Shown here: in pieces, positions 31,201-32,000 of the stretch
How positions within the stretch are numbered: position 1 is the first letter of the stretch
Layout of the letters: each line of letters starts with the position of its first letter
Source: Telmatocola sphagniphila
Lineage (GTDB): Bacteria; Planctomycetota; Planctomycetia; Gemmatales; Gemmataceae
Direction: 5' to 3'
NCBI RefSeq assembly: GCF_018398935.1
Contig: NZ_CP074694.1
Span: 2,430,001-2,462,000, forward strand
Length of the DNA: 32,000 nucleotides
Made by a program: the position numbers and the translations under genes
The notes under the pieces: generated by a model
The model's database searches: none
Told to the model about the DNA's origin: nothing
The model's input: the letters and a program-made list of their open reading frames with translations, nothing else

Positions 31201-32000
31201 TCTTTTTCGAGATCCTTGGTGCGATCCAGACCGATTAACAGCAGATATTTCTCAGCTCGCCAACGCTCGACCTCCTTGTGATCCTTCATCTGCAAGTCAA
31301 AATACTGCAGCAAGCGTTCTCCTGGTTCCGGCTTGGCCCCTTTACGAGTGGCCAAATTTTCCAACATGATCAGGTTGCGCTGCTGCAGAGCTCTCGCCAA
31401 TCGCAGATTCAGGCTCTCTTCCTCATCGAGGTTTGCGTGCGGTAAGGATTGCCGGAAATCCTTCCAGCATTCTTCAGCCACCTGCTCGAGATTTCGCTCG
31501 AGTAGAATATCCAGCCAGTGACGTTCCGCTCGCAACCAAAGCGCGAACGGAGGCGCCGCTTTCTGACTTTCTTCGTTCAAGCGGTTGGAATATCCTTCCC
31601 GTGCCAGACGAAGGAATTCCAGATTCTTCTTTTGCAATTCCGTTCGAGTCAGTCGCTCCGGGTGCTCCAGAGTTTTCTTCAGAGCGCCTTCGCGGGACTT
31701 CAGCATTGCACTGGTAAGTTGGAGTAAGTGGCTGACGTAACTCGCCAATTTCTGCTCGGGTTCGTCGCTCTCAGTCAACTTGTCGAGAAGAATAAAGCAT
31801 TCCTTCTCGATCGCATCCGTCCAGCTATGAGCCAAAAGCAATGCGAATAATTTCTCCGCATAAAGCAAACGGTACTGTTCGGGACCTTCCCGATATTCCC
31901 GACGCACGAACTCCAGATCCCGATCTCCCGCCTCCCGAGACAAAAGACTCAGAATTACTTCTCCAATACGATGCTTCAGTTCCGGATTCTTCTCGCTCGT
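28221..32000 (-). CDS. Very large TPR/helical-repeat protein, N-terminus beyond the right window edge
   Basis: More than 1240 aa and all-helical in character. C-terminal TPR-like units include AERAYTSIVEMQPNESECHTLLAEIREKQDRWTEAIEHWQKVAKLRSLEP and IVQLQQAAELQPQDAEIYQSLLTCYDKINDKEGAIQQLLQAVEV. The frame stays open from the track TTG at 31943 to position 32000, so the gene is 5'-truncated by the window. Confidence 0.8.
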   Translation of the reverse strand, partial: TSEKNPELKHRIGEVILSLLSREAGDRDLEFVRREYREGPEQYRLLYAEKLFALLLAHSWTDAIEKECFILLDKLTESDEPEQKLASYVSHLLQLTSAMLKSREGALKKTLEHPERLTRTELQKKNLEFLRLAREGYSNRLNEESQKAAPPFALWLRAERHWLDILLERNLEQVAEECWKDFRQSLPHANLDEEESLNLRLARALQQRNLIMLENLATRKGAKPEPGERLLQYFDLQMKDHKEVERWRAEKYLLLIGLDRTKDLEKDLTAWIRDTAANGVWVVALGYLRAEQGNVSEAIKLFEQIRDTGDLGPADYQTLANYYLVENKKLESDQAKVAVYKTMEEYQLSQIIYVQLRPWQYANGNLPTHLDPEVLYIFRALFEKSATPQNYLSQLQAFYSACRDFRLLQMLPDAVLGHTAGEVHPFLQGMRSVLGEIRDEAVVDEIVQRIQIVRKDAKTPVDRRALDILELLIEIRAAALQNQAGPHIDKAYEALSRAFQREWTPGEPRLMASLLASLGQLSPEKLRHEQFRQLNELLANAKIGSSDRLHIAYSLSQVQADFPRTADLLQAALKEFAEANGGRLPVEANPIISSYISNLERLKHHTQAETWIQTQLEKPASQDQKNWFRFALIDLYNHALRYKSEVALGSGEKLFQAIQLRIFNELKEPDLNFQSEMIQKVGETFSAAHDTHLPSVKQALRDFVSRKLLPLLKDQYDSYPNLLPRMCELVHTINGPKDALELMINSLENEPAWIAYSNQDSWNMNIYRISQWREEAQTLGELEPRLLKLVLKELRQDLRSHSSRNRTIYDIRYGYFWTEKASDFVKMAEEIYGEQKNSSNGVEYVADYLFHGVRSYPRAIEMLYDARSRKVLAESGLAKLAEYLQQQQRFAESIDILLPLVEKRPDYLDYYVRLMHAYYRTNKPAELRVWLKKTDELFLQDKKRTNNEGARQSILSALASSTLENHLYVESVAYFEELIPSYQRSARRRGIGDGTLSKYYADEANAYAGLGKTKEAIDRASAAIVSWGSRIDQRKSALDQLVNVIVTSPNLEAYIAELDKEKLQSPIVRKAIGLAYILKNDFTRAIVQLQQAAELQPQDAEIYQSLLTCYDKINDKEGAIQQLLQAVEVSRRDLSLFQKLGDRFAELRESAEAERAYTSIVEMQPNESECHTLLAEIREKQDRWTEAIEHWQKVAKLRSLEPTGLLKLANAQIHEKAWSAATQTLQKIRSQSWPDRFNNVQVQAQAQALERLIPQPKDK

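Noticed and set aside
1-32000. Mobile elements, prophage, defence islands, rRNA/tRNA genes
   Set aside because: No integrase, transposase or recombinase motifs, no terminal inverted repeats, no cas or restriction-type genes and no structured RNA gene signatures were recognised anywhere in the six-frame track or the intergenic DNA.

Overview
This 32 kb chromosomal segment reads as planctomycetal. It carries two DUF1559 proteins (one with the prepilin-type GFTLIELLVVIAII N-terminus and an H-X9-DG C-terminus), a DUF1549/CxxCH/DUF1553 + DUF1501 + WD40 operon, LEDRxVPA-type secreted proteins and a giant TPR protein. I count about 20 protein genes. I saw no rRNA, tRNA, CRISPR array, transposase, integrase or phage gene. 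Gene order, left to right: dabA (interrupted) and dabB on the minus strand; a divergent LysR regulator; an aldo/keto reductase; the DUF1549/1553-DUF1501-WD40 triad; a beta-helix/DUF4214 secreted protein; a ~824-aa secreted alpha/beta-hydrolase-type peptidase; a 126-aa low-complexity secreted protein; an atypical DUF1559 fusion; mgtA (-); an NTase+HD protein (-); an internally duplicated ABC-2-type permease; a canonical DUF1559 gene; a PhyH dioxygenase / MFS / two ArsI-CadI-like VOC protein cluster; and a >1240-aa TPR protein (-) that runs off the right edge. The most notable points are: (1) the PhyH-MFS-2xVOC cluster, where one VOC protein keeps the ArsI-type vicinal Cys pair and is fused to what looks like the back half of an ArsM-like methyltransferase, and both paralogs share a C-terminal module; (2) a LysR-associated dabB-dabA inorganic-carbon pump locus whose dabA is intact except for one in-frame TAA; (3) a 23-bp dyad (GTTCTCATA-N5-TATGAGnAn) present both in the lysR/dabB control region and 11 kb away; (4) unusual domain architectures (DUF1559 without its pilin-like N-terminus, NTase+HD, orphan tandem ABC-2 permease). 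All functional calls come from motif recognition by eye; no database search or folding calculation was possible. ORF-track coordinates include the stop codon and allow ATG/GTG/TTG starts. Several track starts look over-extended, and I give shorter starts where an RBS or signal peptide supports it.
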